A stretch of 64,000 bases of DNA from NCBI RefSeq assembly GCF_009914755.1, contig NC_060940.1, one strand, 5' to 3'. A program made the position numbers and the translations under genes. Each line of letters opens with the position of its first letter. The stretch's first letter is position 1. The notes under the pieces were generated by a model. It worked only from the letters and a program-made list of their open reading frames with translations. It made no database searches and had not been told where the DNA came from. The stretch is from the human T2T-CHM13v2.0 reference genome, Homo sapiens. This document shows positions 43,441 through 55,079 of this stretch, one piece after another.

Positions 43441-44962
43441 TAAAAGAGAAGCACCCACCTTTATTTCTTGGTTGCCTCCTCCCTGACTTTGGCCTCTCCA
43501 TCTCCTCCCCAGCATGGCTGCTTATGCGAGGCAAGGGCAAGCTATGTAACCTTGGTTGCTTCTGAGAAGGCTTAACTTTCTAGAGCCTCCAACTGTGTGT
43601 GGTCTATACACCAGCACCATCAGCCTCACCTGGGAGCTGGTGAGAAATGACTCTCAGGCTCCACTCACACTGCATCTCAACAAGATCCCAGTGAATTCAT
43701 ATGCACATTAAATTCCAGGGAGCCCTCCTCTAGGCTATTTGACCCTAGCTCAAGAAAGGGGGATTAAGAGTCTTACAGGGAGGGATCCAAGGTCAGCATA
43801 TACAGTTAGTCAGGGACCAGTCTGTCTGTGTCTCTCTCTCCATGGGGTTTACTATCATTGCTTTCCCCTAATGGTTCTTACTCCTGCTTCTTCCTGCTTA
43901 TTTTTCAGCCCACAGCGACCCCAAGAAGCTGCTCCAACCCCTGGGACTATGGAGCTCTACAGCTGTAGAGACCACCAGGAAGTGGACTGCAGGCCCCTGG
44001 CCTCTCCATTCAGATTCTGCAAAGAGATCCTGATGGGTTGGGCCAATGGGTCAGGCATCCAGTCAGCTCTGGCTAAGGGGTGAAGGAGTCAGGTGTTACC
44101 AACGTGGTGGCAGGGGCCACCTTGAAGCTGTGTTCTGTGCCATGGAAGAAGGAAGAGGAGGAGGAAGCTAAGCTGGAAGGGAAGGCAGGTGATACAGGAA
44201 AATTAACTATGAGCTTTGCTATAGTGACCACTTTTCCTTCACTCCTTGAGCTGTGGCCTTAAGAACTGTGTACCAATGGGAGGCACTTGCATAGTAAGTG
44301 TTCATTTGCTGAATACTTACAGAGGGCTATAAGTGGACAAATATGTCCAAAAACACATGAAACACACACCATCAACACTTGCAGATGGTCTCCTTCAGGG
44401 AACCTTTCCACACTGGCTCTCCCCTCACTGAGCTTTCCTTCCTATCACCCTCCCAGTCTAGGCTCCTGGAGTCAGTAGTTGGAATCTCAGATGGGAAGAA
44501 ACCTTAAAAGTCATCTGGTCCAGTATTTTCCAAAGCATGTTCCATGAACTTGTTTTCCAGAAATGGTTTCCTGGTCTGGTGAGTTTAAGAAACCCTGCTT
44601 ATGACGATGCTCTCCATTTAGAGAATCACAAAGCTTGGCTACTCAATGAAAGCTCTGACAAGTCCTGCAGGAAAAAACTTGTCTTCTTTTGGCTAAGCTA
44701 GGGCTGCCCAAAGTTTCTCATGGAGTCCTTTCTTGCACATAATAATAGCATCTCACAAACCAGTGGTCGGGGGAACCCATTACGGGAAATGCTAATCTTC
44801 TGGACCCTTCCTTCTATTTTATAGGTGGAGAGGCTGTGTGGTGGTCTGGTTGGCTGCATGTAACTGAAAAACAAAGGCTTAAAAAGATAGGGGCTTCTTT
44901 TGCTCTTTTGTTAACAAAGTCTGGGAATAGTCAAAGACTGGTACTGTGACTAGAAAGGCTTC

Positions 44963-45326
44963 TGATATGGTTTGGCTCTGTGTTCCCACCCAAATCTCAC
45001 CTTGAGTTGTAATGATCCCCATATGTCAAGGGCAGGATCAGGTGGAGGTAATTGAATCATGAGGGCAGTTAATCCCATGCTGTTCTTGTGATAGTGAGTT
45101 CTCACAGGATCTGATGGTTTTATAAGGGGCTTTTCCCCCTTTGCTCGGCACCTCTCTCTCCTGCTGCTATGTGAAGAGGGACGTGTTTGCTTCTCCTTCT
45201 GTCATGATTGTAAGTTTCCTGAGGCCTCCCCAGCCATGTAGAACTGTGAGTCAATTAAACCTCTTTCCTTTATAAATTGCCCAGTTCCGGTATGTTCTTG
45301 TAGCAGCCTGAGAACGGACTAATATA
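44963..45326 (+). mobile_element. THE1 (C/D-like) solo LTR
   Basis: tgatatggtttggctctgtg...ggactaatata; 5-bp TSD GCTTC at 44958-44962 and 45327-45331. Confidence 0.92.
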
Positions 45327-45556
45327 GCTTCTCTGCCCAGTGTGAAGAAGAGCAGAGAGGCAGGGCTGGGAGGAGAACAAGGCACCTGCCAAGGAGATGG
45401 GGAGGCTGGGCTGGCTTTCCCTCTCCTCCAGGCTCACCTGGGAAGCCTGTGCTCTAAACTTGCTCAAACATCCTGAACCCAGGAGGAGTTGGTGGTACAC
45501 AAATTCAATTCAATTCAACCCCACATCCAGACTGTACTCAAGCAGCAGTCTTTTGG

Positions 45557-45697
45557 CCCAGTCATCTCCAACCTCATCTTCTCCCCTCTACTCCCAAACC
45601 ATGCTCTCTCTGCTCCAGAGCCAGGGGCCTCTTTGCTGTTTCCAAAACATCCATGGCAGTCTCCACTTCAGGGCCTTTACATGTGCTGTTCCCTCTG
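45557..45697 (+). repeat. Direct duplicate of the L2-derived segment 43021-43162
   Basis: About 86% identity, including a 46-bp exact core. Confidence 0.85.
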
Positions 45698-47558
45698 CCT
45701 TTAGTACCCAAACAGAATGGCTTGGAGACCCCAGCCCTAGTTCTTGGGGAAGCCCAGCCTCCTCCATCTCATATCTAAGGCCTGAGGCCTCCTGGCTGCC
45801 TCTGGCTCCCATCTTTTCTCCTGCAGGGTATCTCCACTGTGAAGATTGCTGTTGGCCCCATTAATTACCTGTAGGAGTCATCTTTCTGATTCCTTAATTT
45901 TGTCCTGTGCCACTAACCCAGGAAGTGGCTAGGATTTTGCTGAGGGCTTGGAGTAACAGAGGAAGAAGAGAGCACTGCCAATCGCATGTTAGAGCTCACT
46001 GTCCCAAAAGTGAATTGGCCAGTCCCCACCTTGCTGGCTGTGCCTTCTTAGGCCCCATTATCACTCTCTTCTCATGCTGTTTCCTTTGAGATCTTTGTTT
46101 TCCCTTCCCTCCAAAATGCCTGATATTTTCTCAGGCAGAGTAGTCTAACTTTCCCCTCCTCACCCAAACTAGGCTTCCAGGCCCTTTAGCAATGCCAAAA
46201 CTCACCAGGGAACTATAAAATAAAGCAACTCCAGGGATCCAGGAGGAACCAGTGGAGACTTGGGAACTGATTTTCTCCTTCATATATCCCAGATCGTATT
46301 ATTGGCAGTACTCCCTCCTTATTGACCACAACATGCTCCTGGCTGAGGCTGGGCAGAGAGAGTTTGTCTCCTTCCACAGCAGGTGTGATGGCACCTGCTA
46401 TAGGCAGTGCTGTGTTCGGCATTGCATTCAGAGATGCAAGTAAGGCAAGAACCCTGGCCTCAAGGAGCCCTGGCTCCAGGAGTGAAACTTAGCCTCATGC
46501 ATAAAATAAGTGGAGATGGGAGGGGGCAGGGAAACCTTGGCTAATCAGAGCAGAGAAGAGCCCTTCAGGTTGGAAGGTCAAGGAGGGCTTCCTTTAGGAA
46601 ATGGCATTTGAAGGGGCCAGATCAGATGGCTTAACTTCGGGGACAAGCTTTGGAGCAGCTAACTTGGGTGATGTAGGATTTTTTTTTTTTTTAAATCTCC
46701 CAGCTCTATGTCTGACAGATTTCACCTAAACCAGCCTTGTTAAATCTCAAGCCCCATGAAACCCGTTTCTGTTATAATCTCTCTCTCTTATCTCTTCCTT
46801 GCCTTCCTTTCCCATTCTCCTCCCCCAAAGGATAGGAAATCTTCAAAGAAAAAGATGTGTCACTGCAAGTATACAGCCCAAGAAATGGGCCAGATAAATT
46901 ATTAAAACACACGAAAAGACAGTGAGTTATGGGGTGGGAAGCCCTCGGAGGCCGAATGGCCACCCCAGGTAGACAGCATGCTGGTGGCCCCTGGAGACCC
47001 CCTTCTCAGAGACCTGGACAGACTAACATTTTGCCACAAGGCCCATCTCTTGGGTTCTCACCCCAGATCCGGGTAAGGGTATCATGATTCCAATAGCAGT
47101 GAAGTCCCAGGCGCCTGCTGGGCTGGGAGGCACCAGGGTGAAGGTGGAGGGGGGCTTTGTGTCTGGGCTGGACATTTGGGATTTACTCCCCGCAAGACTC
47201 AAACTGCTAACTGCAGTTTTAGTTCTTGCTTTTATCTCTTTTTGAACTGTAAAAAGAAATTCCCAAGGGGAAGAGGGGATACTTTTTTCTCATGGAAGAA
47301 GAAAGCCAGGACCGGTTTAAGAAAGTAACCAACTTTCTAAGCACTGTGAGAAAGGATGCTCCAAGTTTTGCTTTGATTTAGAGGCACCCTGGTACCAGCA
47401 GGGAGGGGTGAGAAAGGCAAACAGGAATTCCAGACGAATTCCATTGCCTTTTGAGGGGTCTGAAAGAGGGTGCCCACTCCGACTCAGATGCTCAAACCCC
47501 TGCCTCCCTCCTACACCTGACCCCCGCCGTTCTGCCCCACTTTTTCATGTTCCTACAG

Positions 47559-47730
47559 CTCAGGGGTTCTTACTTCAGCATTACCCACATTTGATGCTGG
47601 ATCATTTGTTCTGGTAGGGTGGGGGGGCTGCCTTATGCATTGTGGTATGTGTAGCAGCAACCCTGGCCTCTACCCACTAGATACCTCCAGGCATTACCAA
47701 GTGTCCCCTAGAGGGCAAAATTGTTTGCTG
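47559..47730. mobile_element. MER20-like
   Basis: agcagcaaccctggcctctacccactagata...gtgtcccctagagggcaaaattg. Confidence 0.75.
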
Positions 47731-48467
47731 TCAGGTCCTTATGGGATGGAAAGAAAGAAAAATGGCCTGTTACCCCTGGTGTAACTTACTACACTGTTTA
47801 CTAATTCATCATTTATTGTTTCTTGCCTATCTTCCCCCTAGGTGAGTGGGAGTTCGATGAGAGTGGCAGTTGTCTATTTTGTTCACCGATGTATCTTAGG
47901 TGACTAAAACAATGGTTGTCACATGGCTGGCCCTTCATATTTGTTTCCAGATGGAAGACTCTCTTTCTAGTGGTGGAACATTAGTTTTGCACTGTGTTGG
48001 GACAACCTGATGTAGTGAAAACAAGCCTGGGCAATGAAATCAACAGATTGGAGTTCAGTTCCTAATTGGGTCATGGATGAACTTTGTGACCTTGGGCAAG
48101 TGAGTTCACCTCTCTGAGTTGAATAGGTTCCCTCCTTTCTAGAACAAGTATGAGTCTGCATCAGAGAGTGGTTGCGAGGGCTACACATGATGGAGGATGA
48201 GGACTGGCACATCAGAAGTACTGAATGAAGAATTGTAACATAAAAATGACAACAGTAATATATTTTTGTGGTTTCAGCACTCTTCAAATGAAACCACCTG
48301 GCCAACAGGATTTTAGTGTACCTGCTTATAACATTAGCCTTCGTTTCCACCAAAAAGGGTGTTAAAAAAGGAAGCTTGGAACATGAAAGTAAGACACTTG
48401 GATGAAGAGATTTATGACTCTGGGGGGCTGTGAATTCCTAATGTCCTTTTGAGACATGTAGATCTTC

Positions 48468-49090
48468 CAGAGCGATGCTGCCCAATGCAGTAGCCACTAG
48501 CCAAGTGCAAATGGTCACTTGCAATATGGCTAGTCTTTGAGATGTGTTTTAAGTGTAAAATACACACTGAATTTTAAAGACTTAGCGCAATACAAAGAAT
48601 GTAAAATATCTCATTATATCTTGAAATTATACTATTTTGGATATATGGTGTTCCCTTGGTGTCTTTGGGGACTGGTTCCAGGATCCTAGAGGATACCCAA
48701 ATCCCCAGATGTCAAGTCCGCTATATAAAATGTCCTGTAGTATTTGCATATAACCTACACACATCCTTCTGAATACTTTAAATCATCTCTAGATTCCTTG
48801 TAATTCCTAATACAATGTAAATGTTATGTAAATAGTTGTTATACTATATTAAAAAGTTTTTTATTCTTTATTTTTGCTGTATTATTCTTTTTGCATATTT
48901 TCAGTCCACAGATGGTTGATGCCACAGATGTGGAACCTGTGAATAAGGAGGGCTGACTGTATTGAGTTAAGCGAAATATATTATTAATATTTCATCTATT
49001 TCTTTTTACTTCTAAAAGATGTGGCGACAAGAAAATTTAAAATTACAAATGTGGCCCACATTATATTTCTATTGGGCAGTGCTGCTCTAG
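48468..49090. mobile_element. MER33-like hAT element interrupted by MER2 (Tigger; 48646-48959) inserted at a TA
   Basis: MER2 ends (ggggactggttccaggat...gagggctgactg) flanked by TA; MER33-like halves on both sides. Confidence 0.75.
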
Positions 49091-49979
49091 AGAGTCGGCA
49101 AAAAGGGCAGAATGGAGCCTCCATTATACAGATCACAAAACTGAGCACAGGTAATTCACTCCAAAGGTCGGGGCTGGTCTCACTCTGAGCTGCGGGTTTT
49201 CTTTTCCCACGCCAGAGCTGCCTGGTGCCAGGACGAGCGTAACACGGACCCACAGTGTCCCCAGAAGGGGGCAGGCGTTCTGAGAGCCACAAAGGTGGGG
49301 TGGAATCCCTTGATGTCGACCGCCACCATCCCCCTCCCCCCGCGCGACCTCCCCGCAGAGACCTCCCCAGACAAAACAAACAAACCCTTGGGTCTGGCGA
49401 ACTGCAGCGGGGAGCGGAAACCAAGGAAGATCAAAGACTCAGCGGTTACCCCCTTCCGGGCCGCGCAGTTTGGCAGCGCGCCCCGACCCGGGCGGGCACC
49501 CACGGGCCCCCGGACGAGGAGATCCCAGAGACTGGCTGATAACGGGGCGCTTTGGACATTTGTCGCTGCCTGGAGAGGGCTGGGCTCACACTGGCCCGGG
49601 GTGCGCTGGGGGCTCCTCCTGGACTCCCCAAATAAGAAACTAGAGGAGTGCGGTGGTGGGGGGCGGGTCACGGGGCGGGTAATGAACACTTTCTGCAGAA
49701 GGTAGGTCGTGGGAAGACTGGGAAAAGGCAGCGCTGCCGAAGCTTGCACCTGAGCAGCTAAGGTCTCCGCTCCCGACCTCAGTTTCCCCACCTGTAAATT
49801 GGAGCCGCCGAGTCCCGCCCTGCCCGTTTAGAGAGAACGTGGAGCGGAGGGAAGTGACAGTACAGTTAGCGATGGCCGGGCTGTTCTGTCCCAATACGCC
49901 TCCTGGACAAGCCGCCCCGCCGGGTCGCCAGCCCTGGAGCTCGGCCCCCGGCCCCAGACCGCGGCAGGGAGCGCGGACT

Positions 49980-50152
49980 GTGTCCCGCCCCTCCCGTCAG
50001 CGCCCCGCCCTCGTCCCCGCCCATGCCCCGCCTCCGGCCCCGCCCCCGCCGCAACCAGCCTTGCCTTTGATGCGCCGCACCGGCCAATGGGCGCGCGGGG
50101 AGGCGCGGGCCGCGGCGGCGGGCTGGGGGCTCGGCGCTCCCGGGCGTCAGTC
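49980..50152 (+). promoter_or_regulatory. NKD1: NKD1 TATA-less proximal promoter: GC boxes, TCF/LEF site, CCAAT box, Inr-like element
   Basis: Repeated CCGCCC at 49984-50050; CCTTTGATG at 50064-50072; CCAAT at 50084-50088; TCAGTC at 50147-50152 (inferred TSS near 50149). Confidence 0.75.
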
Positions 50153-50269
50153 GGGCCGCGGCGACGGCGGCAGGAGCGCGTCCCGGCGCCGCCTCGGGCT
50201 CCGCTCGGCTCGGGGGCTGCTTCGGGAGGAGGAGAGCCAAGGGAGGCGCCAGGCCCGCGGGCCGGGCGC

Positions 50270-50278
50270 ATGGCTTAG
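50270..50278 (+). other. Minimal uORF ATG-GCT-TAG in the NKD1 5' UTR
   Basis: cgcATGGCTTAG ends 28 nt upstream of the main ATG and lies downstream of the inferred TSS. Confidence 0.7.
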
Positions 50279-50306
50279 GGACGCTCCCGGCCGCCGCAGC
50301 CCCAGC

Positions 50307-50331
50307 ATGGGGAAACTTCACTCCAAGCCGG
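50307..50331 (+). CDS. NKD1: NKD1 coding exon 1 (MGKLHSKP + first base of codon 9); N-myristoylation motif MGxxxSK
   Basis: ATG at 50307 in strong Kozak context (agcATGG). Translation matches the NKD1 N-terminus as I know it. Donor G|gtcagt at 50331/50332. Confidence 0.96.
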
Positions 50332-50420
50332 GTCAGTGCCCCCGCCCGCGCGCTCGCCCCGGGCCCCGCCGCCGTCGCCGCCGCGGTCGCTAACTCTCTC
50401 CCTTCCTTTCTTTCCTTCTC

Positions 50421-50452
50421 CCGCCGCCGCGGCTGCCGCCGCCGCCGCCGCC
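50421..50452 (+). repeat. Interrupted GCC trinucleotide repeat in intron 1; pure (GCC)6 at 50435-50452
   Basis: ccgccgccgcggctgccgccgccgccgccgcc. Confidence 0.9.
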
Positions 50453-50469
50453 TCGCGATGTGCCTGCAG

Positions 50470-50502
50470 CCGCCGTGTGCAAGCGCAGGGAGAGCCCGGA
50501 AG
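50470..50502 (+). CDS. NKD1: NKD1 coding exon 2 (33 nt; AAVCKRRESPE + first base of Gly20)
   Basis: Acceptor tgcag| ends at 50469, donor G|gtaggg at 50502/50503. Phase 1-1 joins restore the NKD-family sequence AAVCKRRESPEGDSF. Confidence 0.96.
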
Positions 50503-51174
50503 GTAGGGGCGCGCGGGGCGCAGACCTCGGGGATGGACGCGGGGGACACCGCGGCCGCGGCAGAACGGCCCAGCCCGCCAGGTCTTATGACCAGGGCCAC
50601 CCCGAAGCCCCAGTTCCGGCCACCGGCCCCCCAAGCCCGCTCCCTGAGCAGCCTTCGCGCCCCCTCCTCTGTCCCTCCTACCCGCTCCCCGCGGTCCTGC
50701 GCTCCCACCGCTGACCCTCAACCCCTCCCCCTCCCGCGTCCCTGCCCTCGGCTCTCACGGCACCCTCTCTTCAGACCCCCAAGCGCCTCCCCGCAAGACC
50801 CTGCCCCCTCTTCCTGCCCCCCGGCCCTTCTTCCGATATCCTGGCTCCTGCACCTACTGCGGCCCCTCTCCTGACCCCCAGCCCTCTCCTCCGCAGTCCT
50901 GGCTGCCAGTGCTCCCTGGTCTGATCCTAAACCCGTCCTCCTGGGGTACTGCTCACCCCTCTTGCCCCCTTCTGGCTCCTCGCTCCTAGGGCTTCGCTGA
51001 ACCCCCCTTTACTTACCCGCGTCCCTCTCTTGGCTCCTGCCCCAGCCCGCGAACCCCCTCCTGGCCCCCGTGCCGTGGTCCTTCGCCTCCCACCGCGCCT
51101 CCTTCTTCCCTCCGCGGGGGTAACTTTTGGCACCTGGAGCCAGACTCAGGGGCTTCATGTCGTCCCCGTCCCAG

Positions 51175-51308
51175 GTGACAGCTTCGCCGTGAGCGCTGCC
51201 TGGGCTCGGAAGGGCATCGAGGAGTGGATCGGGAGACAGCGCTGCCCGGGCGGTGTCTCGGGACCCCGACAGCTGCGGTTGGCGGGCACCATAGGCCGAA
51301 GCACCCGG
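51175..51308 (+). CDS. NKD1: NKD1 coding exon 3 (134 nt; GDSFAVSAAWARKGIEEWIGRQRCPGGVSGPRQLRLAGTIGRSTR); gene continues beyond the window
   Basis: Acceptor cccag| ends at 51174, donor CGG|gtatga at 51308/51309. Exons of 25+33+134 = 192 nt give 64 in-frame codons. The peptide is visible in ORF 51030..51314. Confidence 0.96.
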
Positions 51309-54300
51309 GTATGATTCCCCACCCCTGCCCCACCTCCTGGCCTCCTTTCAGCCTCAGAGATGGGTCCCCAAACCCATGCACCCCAACTTTGAGCACTTTC
51401 CTGCACAGCTTCTGGGTCTGAAAATCTCTTCTCAGCTGCCCCCTGCCCCACCAACGCGACCCTCTGCCCGCATGCCTTGGAGAACCTCGAAGTGCCCAGC
51501 TGGAGGCAGAGGGCTGCCTGGGGGAAAGGTCCTAGGTGGGGAGGTGGTGAAGGTCCAGTTGATGGGGAATCGTGTCTGTACCGGCGGGATTTGGGGGCCT
51601 GCTCTGACTTCTACCTTGTTTCTGCCACCAGCATTCAAAGGTGGAGGTGGAGTAGGGGCTAGAGAGAAGGGGGTATTAGGGGTGTCTGGGTGGAAGGCAG
51701 AGCTGTGCTGGCCCCAGGATCTGAATATGTTCTGATTGTCTGTGGCATTCATCAGTACCACCTGTACAGGAACCCCAGTAGAGCAGGCGGCCCTCTGGGT
51801 AGCAGATCTAGGGGGACTGAGACCTGGAAGACCCCTTACTTGGCATATGAGATAGAGGGCCTCATTCCACTGTAGCCTGGGCAGAGCCCTGAGCCTTCAC
51901 CCCGTGTGTCTCTGAGGCTGGAGTTCCTGGAGGAGCACTAAGTGTGATGGGAATGAGTGAGTCCAGCCCCAGCTCCTGGCCTGGGACTTGGCGTTCACAG
52001 ATGTCCTGTGAGCTCCGGAACTCTGCACGGGGCTTTCAGGCAGTCTGCGTGGAACTCGCGCAAGCCTAGGATCAAAGGATGAATCAACTTTTTGATGTGA
52101 CATTTAATTTTTTTTTTTTTTTTTAACTTAGAGGGGGAATAGACTGAGTCTCAGGTCTGGTTAGTTCTTTGGTCTTATCCATGGGCTGGGGAGAGGCCAG
52201 TGGAGACTTCAGATGTGTTTGTATTTGGGTGGTGGGACCTGGCAGCTCGCTTGCAGTGCTGGTGTCGGGAGGTGGACCTGTGGATAAAGTCAGTTCCTGT
52301 GTGTGGATGAAATAACCTCTGGGCCTAGGAGAAGCTCCCCTGTCCTCCTCCACCGCCACTGCTTAGCTGGGGGCTTCTCTGTCTTCTGTTGGCCGGGTCG
52401 GACTTGGAGCTGCTGTCCCCTAGTAAAGGTCAAATCTTGGTGGGCGGGGGGCACTGCAGTTGGGGCCCTTTAAAAAGAGAACTACAAACCTCTCCTTCTT
52501 CCCCTGCCCTTTCTAGTTTTTGATCTACTTATTTATTTAAAGGCCAACGAAAATGGTCTAATTTAGCCGTATGAACAAATGCATTTACAGCTCCAGACAG
52601 AGGCCAACTGAGTGGATTTCCATTAATCAAGTTTTGGGTTTTTTCAGCCTGTTTATTTTTACAAAGTATTCCTGCAGAATGACATTTATTTGCAGTCCCT
52701 CCTTTTTCTTTTTCTTTTCTTTTTTTTCTAAACTGCCAGGCAGCTTGCTCCATGCTAGAGGGAAAACTTGAAATACAGCGAGGGCTTACTTCAATTGACT
52801 TTTATCTTCAAAGCCATAACAAATGTTACCCGCATGTTTTTGGTGGGTCTCCTTGGCATCCAGTCTGGGAGGATGGGAGGGAGGAGGAAAGAGGGAGAGG
52901 AAAACAAAAGTCTGTCGTTTTTAATTAAATAGTAGTGTTCCCAGCGAGAGGAATGCAGGCCACTAAAGTTGCCATTGGGGGAAGTGAGGGAGGGTGGGGA
53001 GGGGGCCCCAGCTTAAGTCTGTGGCTTTGGTGAAGTCACGGAATTCTGTTGCCTAGTTTCTTCCCCCAGCTGAGGACAGCATGGGATGGTGCCTGTCCCC
53101 CTCCCTCCCTCACCCCCTCTCTCAGAGAAATGCTGAGAGGTCATTAATGTTTGTTCAAAGTACTTTTGAAGATGTGAGGCTCAGAGCCGTTGGCATGACA
53201 TGTGTCAGGTGGTTGGAGGGTGGGCCGCAGCCATCAAAGTTGTTATGCAGGGGGCCGGCCTCTGTCTCCTTGGGAGTTGTTCTTGCTGCTGGGGACCCAG
53301 ACGCCTGGGTTTTCACCAACCTTGGCCCCAGATGGCCCAGCCAGTGTGTCTGCAGAGGTAGGGATAAGGAGTCAGAACTTCAGGGGGAGCCCAGGGTGTG
53401 GAACAGCACTCCAGGCATCCTCCAGGTGATTTCAGGTGGAATCTGGGGGAACATTTTAAATCTTAATAGTTATCTTTTTTTTTTTACCAGAAAAAAAAAT
53501 AACTAGGACATCAAACCCATGATTTTGCAGATTTTATTGCTTAGGATGAAGCTAAGTTAAAAAAGAGTCTAACGTGAAGTCCATTCAGAGAAAAATATTA
53601 AGTACAAGTGGTCAAAATTGTGAATGTGGGAATGGAATGCCCCAAGTTTGGGAAGCACTAAGATATTGAACAGGACAGCAATGGGCAACCCTCAGGCTAG
53701 TTCATTTCCCTGATTCCCTCTGGTGCCGAAGGGGTAGCTGGTAGGTTCTTCCATGATATCATCAGGATGTAGGAGGGCATGGGCTCCAAAGTCTGCTGGT
53801 TTCCAAGGGCTGGCAGAGGTCCTCCCACCAACCCCAGGCCTGTTTTGGGGCTAGTCTCTGCCTCTAGTCCTTTACGTGGCCTGTCAACTAAGTGGCTGGA
53901 GACACAGTGGCTCATCCAACTAGTATTATTGTTATTGCAATGATAACTAGTATTTATTAAGTGCCTATATGTGTCAAGCACTTTGCTTACATTATCTTAA
54001 TCCTCCCCATAACCTTGTAGTGTTGACAGCCCGCTGGTGTGGACTGTGTGTTTCTCCCTTTCTGGAGCACTTTCTAGGAGAAGCCATTTGTAGAGAAGCC
54101 CTGTGCCAGGGCATCCGCCTGGAGGGTGCTACATACAAAACTCCCAGAGAGGGGGTGCTTCGAGATGAGCCAGTCGTGGGGCAGGCAGAAGCAGGAGTGG
54201 CCCCTGTTTGCCCTCTTCCTTCCTGATGAGGTCTGAGGGGCTTGGGAAATGTCCCAGATGAGTCCAAGTTGCCTGCAGGGTCCTGAGATGTGAAAGGGTG

Positions 54301-55079
54301 ACCATGCTGGCATTAAACTAAGCCTGCCCTCTTAAATACAGAAATAAATGAGGTCAGGCTCTGTCCTAGTGATTTGTCACCTGTGCAAACCATTTTGCCC
54401 TTGTATACCTTAATTAGCTCATCTGCAAAATGGGTGTAATAATATTTTCATCCCTGGCGGGTTATGATGGGATTATAACTGTTGAACCTGGGAAGGAAGG
54501 GAACCTACTGGGAGATTCACTGAAGACATTTGTAGGGTTGGAGATGGGGGCCTACAAACAGGGAGTGATAGGGCTGGGATAAGAATGCTAGAGGCTCTCT
54601 GCCTCCCCCACTGTCATGGCAGGCTCACTTGGAGGGACGCAGGCCAAGGGCTGGGCTTTTGCCCTTTCCATGGGGACATGAGCAAGTCCAAGGGAATATG
54701 GACTCATAGGAGAAAAGGAATGAGAAATGGGAGGCGCACGAGTACTGTGGAAGAGGAGCAATAAACTGATCAGCACACGCGGGAAAGAACACCATGTTAA
54801 ACAATTAGAAAGCAAAATAAGCATCATAAACTCAGAGAGAAACGGAGGATGCTGGAAACATGAAGCAGCAACAGGCAGTTAGAGAAGAAAACCAATTGGA
54901 AACACTGGGTGTGGAAAATAGAATGGACAAGTGAAAAAGCTTAATAGATAGATTAAATAGTGCAGTGGACTCAGGTATCAGGTGGGAAACACTTGGTGAA
55001 GACCTGTGTGCCTCTGTATATGCTCACAGGCTGATTGTGAATATGTACAACCAGATTTAAAATAATCTCCCCATGGCCC

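Larger units (their letters stand above)
49150..51480. promoter_or_regulatory. NKD1: CpG island over the NKD1 promoter and exons 1-3
   Basis: Very high GC and dense CpG compared with CpG-depleted flanks; boundaries judged by eye. Confidence 0.92.

Noticed and set aside
49180-50874. Overlapping 130-280 aa ORFs on both strands, including 49866..50708(-)
   Set aside because: Stop-codon depletion in the GC-rich island; low-complexity A/G/R/P content; only the spliced NKD1 exons are recognisable.
51030-51314. Single-exon 94-aa ORF containing NKD1 peptide
   Set aside because: It is exon 3 with read-through into flanking introns, not a separate gene.
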